A stretch of DNA of 64,000 bases from Rhizaria sp. SCN 62-66 (taxonomy: Eukaryota). The stretch lies in contig MEDY01000027.1 in NCBI GenBank assembly GCA_001724265.1, positions 62,001 to 126,000 on the forward strand, written 5' to 3'. Every line of letters begins with the position of its first letter. Positions within the stretch are counted from its first letter, which is position 1. The translations under genes and the position numbers were made by a program. Below are positions 42,001-57,000 of this stretch, one piece after another. The notes below the pieces were generated by a model, which was not told the origin of the DNA, made no database searches, and saw only the letters and a program-made list of their open reading frames with translations.

Positions 42001-45000
42001 CACCGAGTCGGACTCGGCTGCATCGCTGCATTTAACGGTGCCAACACCGCCTGTCGTGGGCCACGCGTCTTCTACCGGTGCAGAGGTGGCTGCGGTGCCC
42101 GCTTCAGCGCCTTTGCCGGGAAACACGGCGCCTGTAAGTTTACCGTGCGGTGTGCCTCTGATCGCGCTCTTATATGCGCATCGCGCGCGTTTGATGCAAG
42201 GCACATGCGGCAGCGACTTTGCCGCACAGCCCACACAAGCAGCTATTAACGCCGCAAACGCCGAAGAGACACAGCGCCGTCGCCGGTTTCGTCGTAGGGC
42301 CAAGCAAACGCGTGCCGCGGCGGCGGCTGCTGCCGCAGCAGCAGTCGCTGCTACCGCCGCAGCGAATGTAGACGAAGCTGGCGAGGACAATGGTGACAGT
42401 GGTGCGGAGCACAGCGGTAAAGACGGGCGAGTATCGAGAGAAGGCAGCGACTATGGGGACGAGCAGCGCGACGAACTGCCTCCCGGCTTGACTCCGTTGC
42501 TGCCTGCGCGCGTTGGGTCGGTTGGAGCCCCGCGCAGCTCGCCTCATTCAGGGCCCGGGACTCGGGCATTGCCGGCGTTAAGTCGCAGTGTCGCAAGCAG
42601 TCACGGTACCTCTCCCAGCTCTGACTCGGATTCCGTTTCGGGCTCTGAATCAGACGACTCGCATGCCACTGGTTCTGCCTCCAGTCGTCGGCGCTCCAGC
42701 GCATCTCTCTCTGGTCGTGTTAACGTTGTCCGCCGCGGCTCTACCGCTAGCCGCGGTGCAGCCCGCGCTGTGGCAGAAGATACAGCTGACCGCACTATGC
42801 GCGCCTACACAGGTGCGCCCGTATGGAGCCCGTTGTTGGACTCTGCAGCTGCGCGCGCGCCACCCGTTGTCGATCACGGGCTTATTGCTGCTGCGCGCGT
42901 CAGCATGGAGCATCACACGGCATTGCCAACTGTCACGATTACGGCTGGTGGCGTCATTGGCGCGGTTGAGTGGGCTGATTGTGCTCCCACATGCTCCTGT
43001 GCCCTGAGTCTTGCACGTAGTTCACTGCCTCCCGCATCGGCATCCGCACAGTCTCAGCTGCGTCCTTCATCATGTATGTCACCATTTTGTCTGCGTGCAC
43101 TCCCGCTTGCGAATGTTGATGCGCCGACGTACCCGAGCCACTCGCCGTGGGCGGATCCCGCCCTGCGTGCGCTTGTGTCGCCGCCATCCTCTGCACACTT
43201 TATTGTGTCATCGCCGACGGCGCTTGTAATGGCTGTACCTGCTGTCACATATCTTGCATGGCTCGCAAAGCATTCCCTCTCAACTCAATGGCGTCGCAGC
43301 GTGCGTTTGTACCGCGCGCTGCACCTCACTCCGCCTGCGCTGCGAACTTCACACGATCTTCGTCTCATTGACCATGCGCTGGGTCCCGCGCTCGTCCGGT
43401 CCGCCGATCATGTTCCTCGCATTTTTCGTTCATTTAAGCAACGCGCGCGTGTCTATCTGCGGGCGCGTCTTGTTCTTGCACATCAAGGTGAGATTGTTGC
43501 GCTTCATCGCAGCGGCGCACAGCTACAGCTCCCACTTTCTCCGTCTCTCGCACTTGGTGTCCTTGCAACTGACGCAGTGGGCGCTGCTGAAGGTGTGCGC
43601 AAAGGTTGGTGGCTTTCAGCACCAGCGGCCAACGGTGCCTTCTCCCGCCCGCACAGTGTGCTTGACATTGCCGATAACAGCCGCAGTTCGAGTCGCGTGG
43701 GCGGTCACGCTAGTACTGCAGCATCACCTCTGCCTGGTAGTGCTGCGGGCCGCTCGCCTCACCATGCTCGCGCTCACCGTGTTCTGACGCATGCGCTTCG
43801 CCGTCTTGATCAGCGCACGGACCCTGTTGCAGCGGGTACTGAACGCGTTTCTGTAACACGCACGACAGAGCTGCCTGAGACTGCGGCGCCTGTGACAGAA
43901 ATGGTGGCAACCGCGCTGATGTCTTACTTCACCTCGCTTGAGCTGGCCCTGCGCCAGCGCGCGCGCGAACAAGTCCGCGCGCTCGCGAATGGCGTCCTGC
44001 GACCGCAGTGGGCGCAGTATGTACTCATTGACACTATCGCCAAAGCTGGCGACGTTATTGTCGAAGGAGCAGGTCTTGGCGGTCCTGTTACCGGTCGCAA
44101 TACGTCAAGTCGTGCCTCTATGTCGATTGCCGCCCTTGCGGTGAACAATGCTTCAAGTAATATGCCTCGTGAGCAGGTGATGCGTGCGCAAGCCGCGATG
44201 TCAGGAGAATGGCGCCAAGCAGTGCGTTCGCTCATGATGAACCTGTTTGCGCAAGAGAAAGCGCACCGCTGTGACGAGCGCGGTGTGCCACAGCCGAGCT
44301 CGGCTACCACACCGACGGAATCCATGCTTAACCCGCGATGCCTGCTTACAAATGACCTGCTTTGTCTGCGTGGCTCTGTCTCGATGCTATGTCCAAGCGC
44401 ACTTCTTTCAAACGAAGCATCCCTGGCATGGATGCGTGCGTCTGACCGCGTTTCTATGAGCGCAGGTACAAGTCCTGTCAGTGGTGTGGTTTCCTCTGCA
44501 ACAGCAGAGTCGCGTGCACTTATCCGCGCAGTGCTGGCTGAGCGCGCCGGCATTGCGAGTCTTGTTGTTGCCAAGAGTGCTACGACGGCCTCGCCGCTGC
44601 CTGCTTCTGTGGCCCCGCAAACAGTCGCTACTGATGCTGGTCTTGGTGACGCCGTGTTGTGTGCACAGGCCTACGCCCGTTTTCCACAGCCTCTCGGCTA
44701 CTTTACTGGTGACCCTGCTGGTGAGGACGATGCAACTGTGGCCGCTGCGACAGGTGGTGCGCTGTTAACAACTGTTTCACAGTACACATACGCTCTACGC
44801 ACGACCTCGGTTGACGCTGCGCAACCGGGCACGACGGCACGTGTTGCTGCACCTGTCTTGACGCATCCGTTGGTTGCACTCAGGCTGTCAGAGGCTGCGT
44901 TTCACACATCGTTTGACCCGCTACGGCTGTTAGCGGCGTTGGACCCACGTGACCGCGGACCACCGCTGCTTGCGCTGGGCTTTTTACCTTCGCCTGTGCG

Positions 45001-48000
45001 TCCCACTGGCGTATTTACGCATCTGCTTGCTGTGCTGCCTGCTAGTGCGCTGGCAACTGCAGCTGCTGCTTGGACAGCTGTGCAAACAGCAGCTGAGCAG
45101 CGTGCCTTTGGCTCTGGAGTGCGCATTCCTACTAGTTCTGTCTCGCAAGCTGCACGTGCGCACCGCGGCACGCCTACCTCGTCAAATTTGGCCCCCACCC
45201 TAACGCGGCAAAACAGCGGGCACTCACTACATCCGTTGCCTCAAACACATAGTGAAAAAAGGCATGCTTACCGCACTGCTCGACAATCACACGCCTATCG
45301 CAACTCTGTCTCTTCGCTCAGTGGTATTCCCGCGCAGTCGGTACTTGCCCCGCCGTCGGGCCGTGACCTTAGCCCCGTAGCAGCAGGTCCTCATCACTCA
45401 CGCACTTCCTCGATGTCATCGGGCGAGCGCTTGTTGAGCTCGCCTGCAAGCTCCCCACTTGCAGGTCCAGCGGACCCGTGGGGAGTGCAGGCTGACGTGA
45501 CATCCAAGATCAACAGTTATGCACGCAGTGCGGGTGTTGTACCTACGCCGCGCGCCCGCCCTCTTGGCCTTGGAGCTGGAGTTGCTGCGGGCGTGTATGG
45601 AGCAGTTCCTGGTACGGGCTACACTCCCGTTGTTAAATGTGGCATGACTCCCTCAGTTGCGGTCGCCTTCCTTGCTGCTCTTCTTGAAGGTACTGCACGT
45701 GCGCTTCTGCCCGCTGCACGCCGCGGCCCTGACGCGCCACCATTGCCGCCGGCGCCAGTGCGCATTCCAGCGTGGCTGCAACACTTCGTTTCCTCATTGC
45801 TGGCTGTGCAACCCGGTGTTCCACCACCGCCCTTCTACTCCTCGTTTTGGCAGCTTGCGCCATCTGCTGCGGCAACAGCACAGCTTACCTCTGGCCCTGC
45901 CACGGGTTCGCTGCCAGCAGAGCGCCAGCGTCCCTATATGCCCGGACCTGCCCCGCTCGCGCGCTGGGATGTGTTTCGCTCAGCTAACATGTCGCCGCTC
46001 GCTGCTGCACACTCTGGCGTGCGTGCGAACCCGCTGCTCACGACGGCGTTCAACGATCCTGCTGATGCGGCCGCCGCGTGTGACCTACCTGCAGCACCGA
46101 TTCTGACTGCTGCGGCTGTAACACGGCCAAGTGCTCGCGATGGTGAGAAATCCCCACATCTTTCCCCACTCGGTGTATATGTGGCCTGCGGCGTTCCAGC
46201 GCATCTACTGCCCGCGCGTGTCTCCGCACCGACCACAATGTCAAGCGCGCCCGCTAGAGCCTCAAGTCCTATCTCAACCGTGCCAAGCCATTTGCTCGCA
46301 CAGCCGTTTGTGGTTACATCTTTGGCAGATGCGCTTCGGTCAATGGACCCGCGCGAGCGAGCTGCAGCAGGGTCACTGTGGAGTTGGGACACCCAAACGG
46401 GTCTCGTCGCAGCATCAGCGCTGTGCGCAGACTTCTATGTCCATGACACACTCGCTATGGCCGGTGCATTGATTTCCGCGCCCGGGCCAACAACTGGTCG
46501 AACTGTCGAAAAAATTGCATCAGACCCTATGCATAACCCGCGACCGCAGACGGGCACTCCAATGTGGGCCTCTTCTGTTGCTTCTGCGGCGAGTCACGCA
46601 CGTGCTGGAAATGCGTTTAATGACAAAGTTAATGTCGCTGGTGTCACTAATTCGGCAGGATTTCCTGCTCTTTTTGCGTTGCCTCCGCCTTATGTTGCGT
46701 CTCTTGCGCGCGCTCTTATTGCGCGCGTGTACGGCCCATCTGTTCCTGCCGTGCTCACATCCACAAGCGTTTTGAATCCCAATCGCGGCTCCGCGCGCAG
46801 TAGTGCTACAAATGGGGCAACTGAAGTACCTGTAGCCGTGGCCGTTGCTCAAGGCTTTCCCTTGCCAGAGGCAATGTGGGTACGCGTATCCGAAGCGCTT
46901 GTTGGACCCGAATGGTTACAGTTTGCACGCGCTCAGGCCAACGACCTTGTGCATTTGCAACGAAGTGGTGCAGACACAACTATTTTCAGTACTGCTCTTG
47001 ATGATCTGCCGCCGCTCCCTGAGTCTTCGCCAACCGCCGAAAAGCCGCAGCCCGGGCAGCCGCAGGCACAAACAAAGCAACGTCCTGCAGCAACACATTC
47101 GCGCCGCCGTGGTATGCCTGTGGCGGCAGCTGCACCTGCCGGTGTGGGCACGACCGCTGTGAAGCACCGCGCCCTCACCTTTGCCTCACCGCGCGCGCGT
47201 CTTGCGCAGATGGCGGCCAGTACGCAAGGAAGTGAGTTACTAAAGGGTGATACAGACCCGCAATCACCTTTACCGGATCCACGCTTGGCTGATGAAAGTC
47301 ATGCTGACGTTGACGATGAGGACTATGAAGTCACTGCTGCGCTGCGGCATCTAGACTCCTCATTGCCTCCTCCCTCGTCGGAGCCTGTGGAGCAGGCCGC
47401 ATGTGTTGAGCCGCTGTCTTTGTTGCCCACCGCGCAACTTTCGCTACAGAGTCTTGCCCTTGAAGCTATCCCGCTGGTATTCTGGGAGAGCCACGGCGTC
47501 TCTTTTGTTCCAGCGACCGACTTGCGTGGCCCGTCTCCTGCTGGTGCAAACGGAGCAGTAGAGCTTGGCGCGCCCTCCATGTCATCGGCATCGCTGTTGC
47601 GATCGCCGACAGAGGATGATGGAAGTGCTGCACCTGTGTTGTCGCCACAGTCGTCTGCAAGCAGCAGTTCTACAGTCCCACTTGCTCGCAGTCCTCCATT
47701 ACGCTCTATTGTTCCCAGCGTATGGGATCTCAGTTCACGCACCCTCGCGCGCGATGTGCCATCTGTAACTATCAGCGGCTTCTCGTCAGACCCTCGCAGT
47801 AACCGTGTGTTACGCGAGCGCGGAAAGAAGTCGGATATTTCTGTCGCCGCAGATGCGGGTGCTGATATCAAGATTGGAAGCGAAGTTGGCAGTGGGTCTG
47901 GTGTGGACGAAGAAGAAGATAATGATGACCAGAACAGCGATGGGTCTGACTGGTTTTCTGACGCTGAGCTAGGCGCAGCTATTGCCAGCGATGAGCAGAG

Positions 48001-51000
48001 CTCCGAGTCTGGCTCCGACGGTGGCGTCACAACATCATCAGACGACAGCTTTGATGATGACAGCGAGCACGACGAAGGTACACGTGGAGTCGATGACAGC
48101 GAGCGCCAGAAGCTTGGCGCGGAAACGAGCCCGCGATCGCCCGGCGCCCAACGCCGCCACCGCAAACTGCTCCGTGCACAGCGCAAGCGCGCAGCTCGGC
48201 GCCGTGCCGCGCGTAAGGCGATTGAGGATGAAGGTAACCCGGATTCGCCCTCGCGCGTGCGCTCGCCTTTCCAACTGCTTTCTCTGCCTGCAGAGACGAC
48301 CTCTGCGCGCGTGCCATTGCAGCGCGCTGGCTCGCCGGACCCCTCGTTACCGGCAGTCACGGGCGTGCCCTGGAACAACCGTTCATTATCTCCTCCTCTT
48401 TATCCGCCGTCACGTTCCATGTCGCGCTCTCCATTCTCGCAGCACCGCAGTGGTCTTCCCCCCCACGTGTCGCCAGTGATTTCGATGCCACAGAGTATCT
48501 CGCCCATGCCCTCGCATTCGACCGCTGCATTTGTGACAGTGGATGCCCCCTCAGTGGCACACACACTCACTACGGTGCAAGGTCTTCACCGGGTTGCCGT
48601 GCGTCTTGTTACGCCGTCCGTGCGTGCTGCTGTAAATACTTTTTTGACATCTAATCAGCCTGGCGTCGCTGCTGCTGCGCCTGCGAGCACGTCTTTGCCC
48701 ATGACTTCGCTTGACATCCCTGTTAGCGGACAGGTAACGCGGCCGCGTGACCCTTCGTCACCTGGCACACAGCCTGCACTTGGCCGCGTCGGGATCTCTC
48801 TTGCGCGCCCGCCGAGTCGCCAGGCCGCATCCATGGCTGCTTTATCTTCACAGCGCCACCTGGTTTCTGGTTGCCTGCGCGCTCCGGCGCTTAAGGGGGT
48901 GTCACGTTTCATTGTTGCGGCCGGCTCAGTTGTGGCGACGCGCATTGCGGCAAGCAACCGCGCGCTAGCACCCTTTGCGAGCCCAGCGCATGTTGTGCGT
49001 GCGCATGAGCTGCGCTGTTCCGCAATACATAGTGTTGAGGCCGCTGCGCGTAGTCGTGCTGCAGCCGCGGCCGCTGCGGCGCGCATGGTTCAGCAGTCCC
49101 GTGAAGCTAACCAGCGCGTCGTTGAGAGCCTTATTCACCCTCATACCAGCGGTGCTTCTGCAACAGGCAGTGATGTGCGCAGCAAGCTCCGCAAGAACCC
49201 GCGCAGCCTTGGTCAGCATATTCCCCATAACGCTGACCTTGCAGCGGGCGCAGACATTGTGTTCGACGCAGATGACGAGGTGCTGTTTGCAGACGAAGGT
49301 GAGGAAGAAGATATCCACATCAATCGTCCTTCCTCCGCAAATCTCCATCACCAACAAGAAACGGCGAATGTTGCGCACACTGCACCTCAACGCCTTCCTC
49401 ACAAAAAAGACTCGTCAGGCGACAACAAGAACTCCTTTAGCAAGCGCGGTGTAAACATGACTGAAGCTGAAGAGCATTTCCTGAACGCACTGTTTGGCCC
49501 CGATGTGCTTTCCTCACCCCCGTCGCTTCCGCTCCTTTCATTCCCGTTTCCGGTGACTCCAGTTGGTTTCGTCGCCGCTGGTGGCTCAGCGGCCATTGCG
49601 CTTCCAACCTCGGCTGATCCTCCGGCGCGTGTTGGCACCACGGCAAGTCTCGAGCTATCTGTCATGCGTTCAACCTCGCGCTCTGCTCCCGCCGCGGCAG
49701 CCTCCGTTTTACTGCGTGTGCGTGTTCCTGTATTCTCATTGTCTGCACCCGCACCGCAGGTTTTCACTGTTGACTTTGAAGGTTTTTCTCGCACAGCGGC
49801 ACACGCGCTGGCGGCGTGTAAGGCACCTGCTGGCGCAGCCGAGACGCTTGCCGCTCTGACAGCATTTCACCGCCGTGTTGAGACTTTCCGTGCGCAGCAC
49901 CGTACGGCTGCTGCAGACAATGCCGCTGGCGCGATGTCGGATCGCGTGGCTGCCGTGCTGTGGCAGACGTTGCACGGTGCGGCGCTACCGACATGCGACT
50001 CCGAAGCCGACACATGGGCATTACTGGGGACGGCGTATGGTGGCGTCGTGCCACTCGCTGCGGCAGGCTCCTCCTTTGCAACTGACGCGGCTGCGCTTGG
50101 GTCATCGGCGCTGCATGCCACGGCTACTGGGATTAATGCTGGCCTAACAAGCTCTCTGCCGACTTCAGCTACGCCCGCTCGGTATAACGCTTTGTCACTC
50201 ACATCTGCACCTTACGTTGCGCGTGCATTGCTTTTTTCTCCAATCGCGCACCGCACTGCGCCTGCTGCAGGCTTTGCCGCACTTTCTGGTGCTGATGGTT
50301 TATTTACCGCGATGGCTGCTAATGCAGCTGAATTTGAGGCTTCCAGTGATAAATTGCATTCAAGTTCAGCGGCGCGGACCTGGAGCTCGTCGCGCAATGC
50401 AGTCTGGGGTGATCTTCCGTTTCTGTACGCAACATATGGCATCTCAACAGCATCATTTGGCCGTGGTAGTGCGGCGACTGAGTTCCCCACCATTGCTACT
50501 GGCTCAGGTGCACCAATCTCGCTGGTTTTTCCCGCCGCAGACCACGACGCGACTGTGCGCGCTACGGCCGCCACTGTCGCTGAGGGTATTGCCGTGCATG
50601 CTCAGGCTTCGATTTACGGCGCCGCACCGCTGCGCAGTCATGGTTTTGTGAGCGTCGAAGAAGCCCAGTCGCAGCCCTCTCTTAACAAGCAGGTACTGTC
50701 CTGGTATCAGGCAGCTGCAGTGCCGCAGAACAAGACCGCTGGTGCTACTCGCGTACTACAGCGCACCACAAGTTCTGCTTGTGACGCAAATGATCATGCC
50801 TGGCGCACGCTGTCGGCTCTTCGTGTGCCGTCATCTGTGGACGATGTGCTTGAAGCCATCGACAATGAGCGTCTGCTTGTCGTTTCTGCCGCGTTGCAAA
50901 CGCTAGCTGCATCCGGCTACGGTGACCACGTTGTTGCTGTTGCAGAGTCCACAGACACTCCCGCTAGTGGAGCGCTGAACGCGGCTACTGTGTGCGCGAA

Positions 51001-54000
51001 ACACATGGGCGACGTGTCGACCGCAGCGGCTGATAATAATCGCACCTTGGCCGCAGTTTCTGAAGACTGGATTGTTTGGCGTGTCGCTGCGCCAAACACA
51101 TTGATGCTGTGTTTTGATGATCCTTCGGACGAACACGCAATATACTCAAAGGTGGAACACACGAAGAAGCGCTTTTTACTCGATACGGTTCCCGTGTTTA
51201 AGCGCTTTTTTGGTAGAGCTGGTTCCAGTAATGAAGCTGTAGGCGCACTCTCCATCCCTGAAGAAGACAGCGCGGCCGCCGCGGCAGTTATTCCTGGCTC
51301 GCCAACCGCGGCCGCTGCGGCTGCTAACTCGCTTGCCGCTGCAGCTGTTGCGGGCAACACCGCGGCGCAGCTTGCAACGGTAGAGCCTGTTGAGATTGAG
51401 CCTTCACGCTTTAAGCAGGCCCTCGACTCTGTCGCCAACAAAGGACTGGGTTCTGGGTCCAATTTGTACCAGGCACGTACACAGCTTCTCGCTCGCGTTC
51501 CAGACAGTAGGCCGACGACATCAAGCTCTTCCACCAGTGAAAGTGACCGCGCACGCGCGCGGCCACGTGTTGAGATCAACAAAGAAGCTTTGGCGGCTGC
51601 AGAGTCTCAGGGTCTTCTGTTCACGCCCGACACCGATAGCGCTAAATCTTTTACTTTCACGACTAACAACGCAGATGGGCCACGTGTTCCACTTGGCACA
51701 CCTATTGCATCATCATCACTTAGCATTGCAGCGGCGCTTGGTATGAGTAAAGAATCCACCACACCCGTCCCTGGTGGTACTGGTATTGCAACGTACCTGT
51801 ATTACGATAATGCAACGCGTGCTGCCATTTGCAACGCGTTCGGATGGCGTACGGTTGTCAAGCCTGGCACAGTGCTGATTAAGGAGGGTGAGGAATGTGA
51901 CAAGATGTTCATTATTTACCGTGGCGTATGCCGTATTGAAAAGGCTGTCGAACTTGTGGTGCCGCGCTCAGGTACCTCTCTATCTGCCAGCGCATCTGCC
52001 ATCGGCGTTCAAGAGAAAAAGGACTCTGTATTGGCACGTGTGAACTTACGGAACCTTCATTTGGGACTCATCACCTCTGGACAGCTTGCCGGTGACGAGT
52101 CGTGTCTGCTTGCGGGACCCTCGCCTGTAACGGTGTGTACAGTTACTGCTAACACGGAAGTGTTTGTTATTGCGCGTGAAGCCGTTTTAAGGCTGTTTCC
52201 TCCATCACTGCTGCGGCATTTGACGTCAGACGCGCGCGAGCGGCTTATGTGGCACCACCACCGTTTATCGCACATCTTAGAGCGGCTTAACCCTATCACG
52301 GCTGTTGTTGCCGCTGCTGCGCAAAGTGGCATCTTGGCTGATATCCAGCCTGCCGAGCGGAGGTTAGGACCATACGAACTGCCGTCAATTATTGCGCTTG
52401 AGCGTGATGCGCGCGCGCGCGACACAAGCGAGTTGTCACTCTCGGTCGACGTGTTGCAGGTGATGCGCCGCAGTGCCGCTTTTGCGACCACGCGGAACAA
52501 GCTTGTTGCTGCAGGTATGGGCGACATCTCGCTTGCAGGTCGCGGCGGAGGTGTGCTGCCCGCTCTCTCGACACTTACGGCTGCCTTTGGTAGTAACCCC
52601 GCGCTACTCAACTCGGTCGTGCGACCCACAGTACCAATTAACACAAAGGTTAAATCTGCCGCCGCTGTTGCTGCTGCCGCTCCTGGAGTGTTTTCTGCGA
52701 CTCTCTCCCTTAAGAATTCTGTGGGTGGCAACCACGCTGATGGCGCGCTGCGTGACCCGCTGACGGGCCAGCTGATGCCGACAGAGGTGGTTGACCCTAT
52801 GACAGGGATATCGACACCTTTCCAGCCGCGCAGTGGAGCTGCAGCTGATCAAGCGCTGGGTGTCTCATCAAAGTCACGCGCGGACCTGCCGCTCAAGGAT
52901 CTCGTTGAGCGTTCGCGTGCTTTCCTTGCCAAAGAACTTGCTGACGCTGCATTGCAAGACGGAACACGTGAGCATGGGGCGGGCTATCTTACGGGTTCCG
53001 CACTGCTTCACGCCGCTAAACGTTATCTTCATGAGGGTGCACTCACTGGTGTGCCTGCCAGCACCTCTCATCAACAACAACTTAACGGACGTCGCCATGC
53101 ATTCAATGCCACAAGCATGGCAAGCGGCAAGCCAAAACGTCAAGTAACTGTGCGGCGTGTTGCTGGTGGGTTATCAACAATGGTTGCGGGTGTTGAGTCG
53201 TCAGTATCGAGCTCGTTGACGGCAGAGACCAAGGCTACAATTGCAAAGCGCGAAGGTGTGACGCTGAGCACTGATCTTGCAACACGCCTGACACCGATCT
53301 CTTCAGCGAGTCCCGCGACACACTCGCGCGCTGAAGCGTGCTTACAGCTCGCTCAGCGCATTGATGCACAGCGGCTGCGGCGGACACAGCAAGACTTTGC
53401 GCCGCCTGTATGGTATGCTCAGACGACGCTGGGAGCCGACACTGCAGCGACCAGTAAAGTGCACCGTCCACTTGAAGAGCTTGAGACAAAGTCCGTTGCT
53501 GCTCCCACGGCGACAACCGAGATTGATGGCACTGTTTTGCCTGCGCCGTCGCAGTCCGAGCAGCCAGTCATGACTGTCTCAGAACTGGCCGTGTCATCCG
53601 TGGCAGCGCTCTATGCGCAACAACAGGCACGCGCGCGATACCGCCCTGCACTGCCTGTTGCGGCGCTACACAGTGCGATTGCACGCCACATCGATCATGT
53701 GCGTCGTGGTGCGGCTTCGATTACAGCCGACGGACTGGATGCCACAGCCGCGAAGCTGGGCACGCTTACACCTACAGCTGAGCTTCCTGTCTTACCTACG
53801 CTGCCAATGTTTGTTGATGAAAGTGCACCCGCAAGTCTGAGCGATAGTGACCCCGATTTGCGTTCAAGTCGGAGAGACCCTGACAATGAGCGCGATGAGC
53901 GTTTGTGCAAGCCTGCAGCGCAAGCAGCAAGTGCTGAACTCGATCCTGAACTTGTCGCAATGGCATTGGAGCCTACACTTAACTCTGAAAGCGCCTTTCG

Positions 54001-57000
54001 TGTCACTACGCTGTTGGCAGCTGCTGAGGAACGTGAACGGCTCGCCTCCGATTCCACGGCACGTTTGCGCAACGGCGAGTTCGATGCTGACATGGATAAT
54101 GATTTATTGCCCATGCGCGGACCCATTGACGCGGCCATGTTCACACGCTTCCGTGGCACAGAAAGTGGCATCAAGCCCGGTGATGCTGTGAACGTCGCGG
54201 CTGCTGCAGCCGGCTCTAACCCAGCCTCCTCCATTGCCGCATTTGGTTCTGCAGCACTGGCGAGCTCGGCCTCTGCAACGGGTCCGTTGCGGTCGCCAGA
54301 TGATCCTTTGGCACCCGGTACGGGCCCTCACGGTGGCACGGCTGGCAGCGGTTTTGTCAACAGCAGCGAAGAGGTCGCAATGCCTTACTTCAAGTACCAG
54401 GGCTTTGAGTCGCACGCCGCCGTGCTTCTTACCGCTGGTCTGCGCAAAACAGTTGAGAACCAGTATATCCCTTCAGCACACACCCTGCGCGTGGGTAAGC
54501 TTACTTTTTCCTCTCTTGATGGTGGTGTTGACGGTGGCGTTGGCAGCGGACTGTGTCTTGAAGCGTCTGTGCGCCTTCCACCGCGTCCCTTCACACGCGG
54601 TGCTGAGGCGCCTGAACAGGTGGACTTTCTCCATCCAGGCGCAGCTGCCGCCATTGTCGGTGCCGCACACGCACATGCTGCGCGCACAACTGCCAGCAAG
54701 GAAGTGCTGAGCGCTGAGGCCGCATCCGTAGCTGCTGCAAATGTGCGTTCTGCAACGGGTGTTTTAACTGCCGCGGCAAAACCTTCTCGCATTAACAACC
54801 AAAAAGAGATGCGCCGCGGTGCACCGGCAGCTGCGCCAGATGAGGTGCCAGGGCGTTTCTTGTCTTCAACGATGGACCCACTGACTCTGCGTTCGGCATC
54901 ACTGCTCTCGGGCGCGTGGATGGGCGGAGGCGCCACTGGTATCCCGCATCTTGTCCCACCTGATGCGTCGCTAGTGAGCCCCGCTGAGGGCGCGCTCGCG
55001 TCAGCTACTACTATCCTCGGCGAGCTTAGCAGTCTCAGCACTGGCGGCGTCGCATCTCTCACGCGTGGCGAAAATAATGTAGCAGTACCTCCGCTGATGG
55101 CTGTAAGCGGAGTCATGGCTGCTGCGCTTGCGCACGGACCACTCCGGCCCGCAGACCGCGATGTAACGGTTGTATCTGTGAAGACTGGCCGCGTGGTTGC
55201 ATTGGCAGAACTTGTTGCTCCGAAGCATGGTGCTTCAGGTGGCAAAGTTACACTTACATCGACATCCAAAGTCATCGCTGAGAGTAACACTGCATCAGTG
55301 ACGCAGAAACAACAAACCCTAGATATGACGAAACCAGGTGCTGCACTTCTTGAGCAAGACTTGACGCCCGGCTTGCGTGCCGTGCTTTCAAGTGCTGTAG
55401 CGGGTCAAGGCGCACGCACTACTCCAGTCGCGATGCGCGAGTCACAAGCTCAGTATTTGAGTGCGGAGGCTGGCCTGGTAAGTTACGTTGGTATAAACAA
55501 AGCACTCAAAGACTCAGCGTCTGCAGTTCATGCAGCAAGTGGAAGTGAAGCTGCTCCTGATGCGCACGCGAATGATGCTGTCGTTGCAGCAAGCGCTGCG
55601 GACGCAATGCAACGCGCCAACTCTGTTGCTCGTGCTGCGGGTGCCGCGCGCGACACTGCAACGCCCGTGAACGAGTTCATTACTGTGGCTGTTACGAAGC
55701 AACCGACTCTTCCTCGTGCCGTCAAGGTTGACCGCGTTGTAATCGCGCAGGAGCTTGCCATTGCGGCACAAGAATCAAGCCTTGCAGCTGCGGCTGCAGC
55801 CAAATCAGCTGCAGCTGTGGCAAAGCAAGCTGCCGCAACTGTGTCTCAAGCTGAAACTAAGCCTCACTATGCCCAAGCACTTGACCGCGACGCCGGAACT
55901 GCCTTTTCTGTCCGTCAAGACGGTGCTGATGATAATCTGCACAAGAAGAAATCTTCAGCACCTGTGCATGAGTCAGAATTTTTTGTAGAAGCCAAGAACA
56001 AGTACACTGCACCATCGGCGGCTCTTCGCTCGCTCATTACGCGCGGTCCTACGTCGCTGGTCTCGCGCAGCGAACGCGAGGCGCAACTTGACGAGGCTGC
56101 GGCGCGCGTAAGCAAGCTTGCTGAGGCTGATGAAGATGAGGCCTCTCAAGCTCAAGATGATGATGACAACGATTTTGATGCTACAGACGCATGGCTTTTA
56201 GGACTGGACCCCTCTGACTTTTCTGCACGCTCGCAGGCGGGTGCACCACTTACCCTGCGTGAGACGAGTGCACTTGTCTCAAAGGCGCGTCATGCGTTGA
56301 CGGGTTCGCTGTCAGTCAAGTCATCAGCACCCAGTGCTGTGGCTTTTGCATCACAGTACAATTTGCAGGCAGATGCTCTGCGTGCGCTGCCATCAGCGAA
56401 GCCGCTGGCGTCGCATGGACAGGACGATGCGGCGGTTCGATCGGTCTCGCGGTCATCCCGCGCGGCGGCAGAGTTGTCTCGGCAGGAGCGTCTGCGCGTG
56501 GTCAACTGGCTGAGTTCATTCTTAGCCGATGTGGGCGACGTCGACGACGGAGTTGCTGATGATCTATGGATGGTACCCTCACTCGCACCTTCAGCTGCAG
56601 CTGGTGCCGCCGCCGCAACTGTCACCGAAGAAGCCCGATTGCGCGCACGACACGAACGTTTGCGGCGTCTTGCACTGCCAAAGCGGCAGCCGGGCACTGC
56701 GGGACTGTCAACACAGATGATTGCGCACGAAACCAAGGGTGACGCCACAGCCACTGCGGCCCGCTTCTCAGCCTCAACGCTTATTGCACTTGAAGATCCT
56801 TGGGGCAGCCGCCTTCGCAACAAGGGGGAGGCTGCACTGCGCCGCCGTGCTGTTGCTGCGATTGGACTTTACTTGACCCCCGATGATGCCGGAAAGGCCC
56901 TCGCAGCGACGATGGCGCAGACCACCGCTCGTGAGACGTTGCTTCCCTCTCATTCGCTCCCAGCCGCTTTCACCTCCGGTGTGCGGCTGAATCCTAGCAC

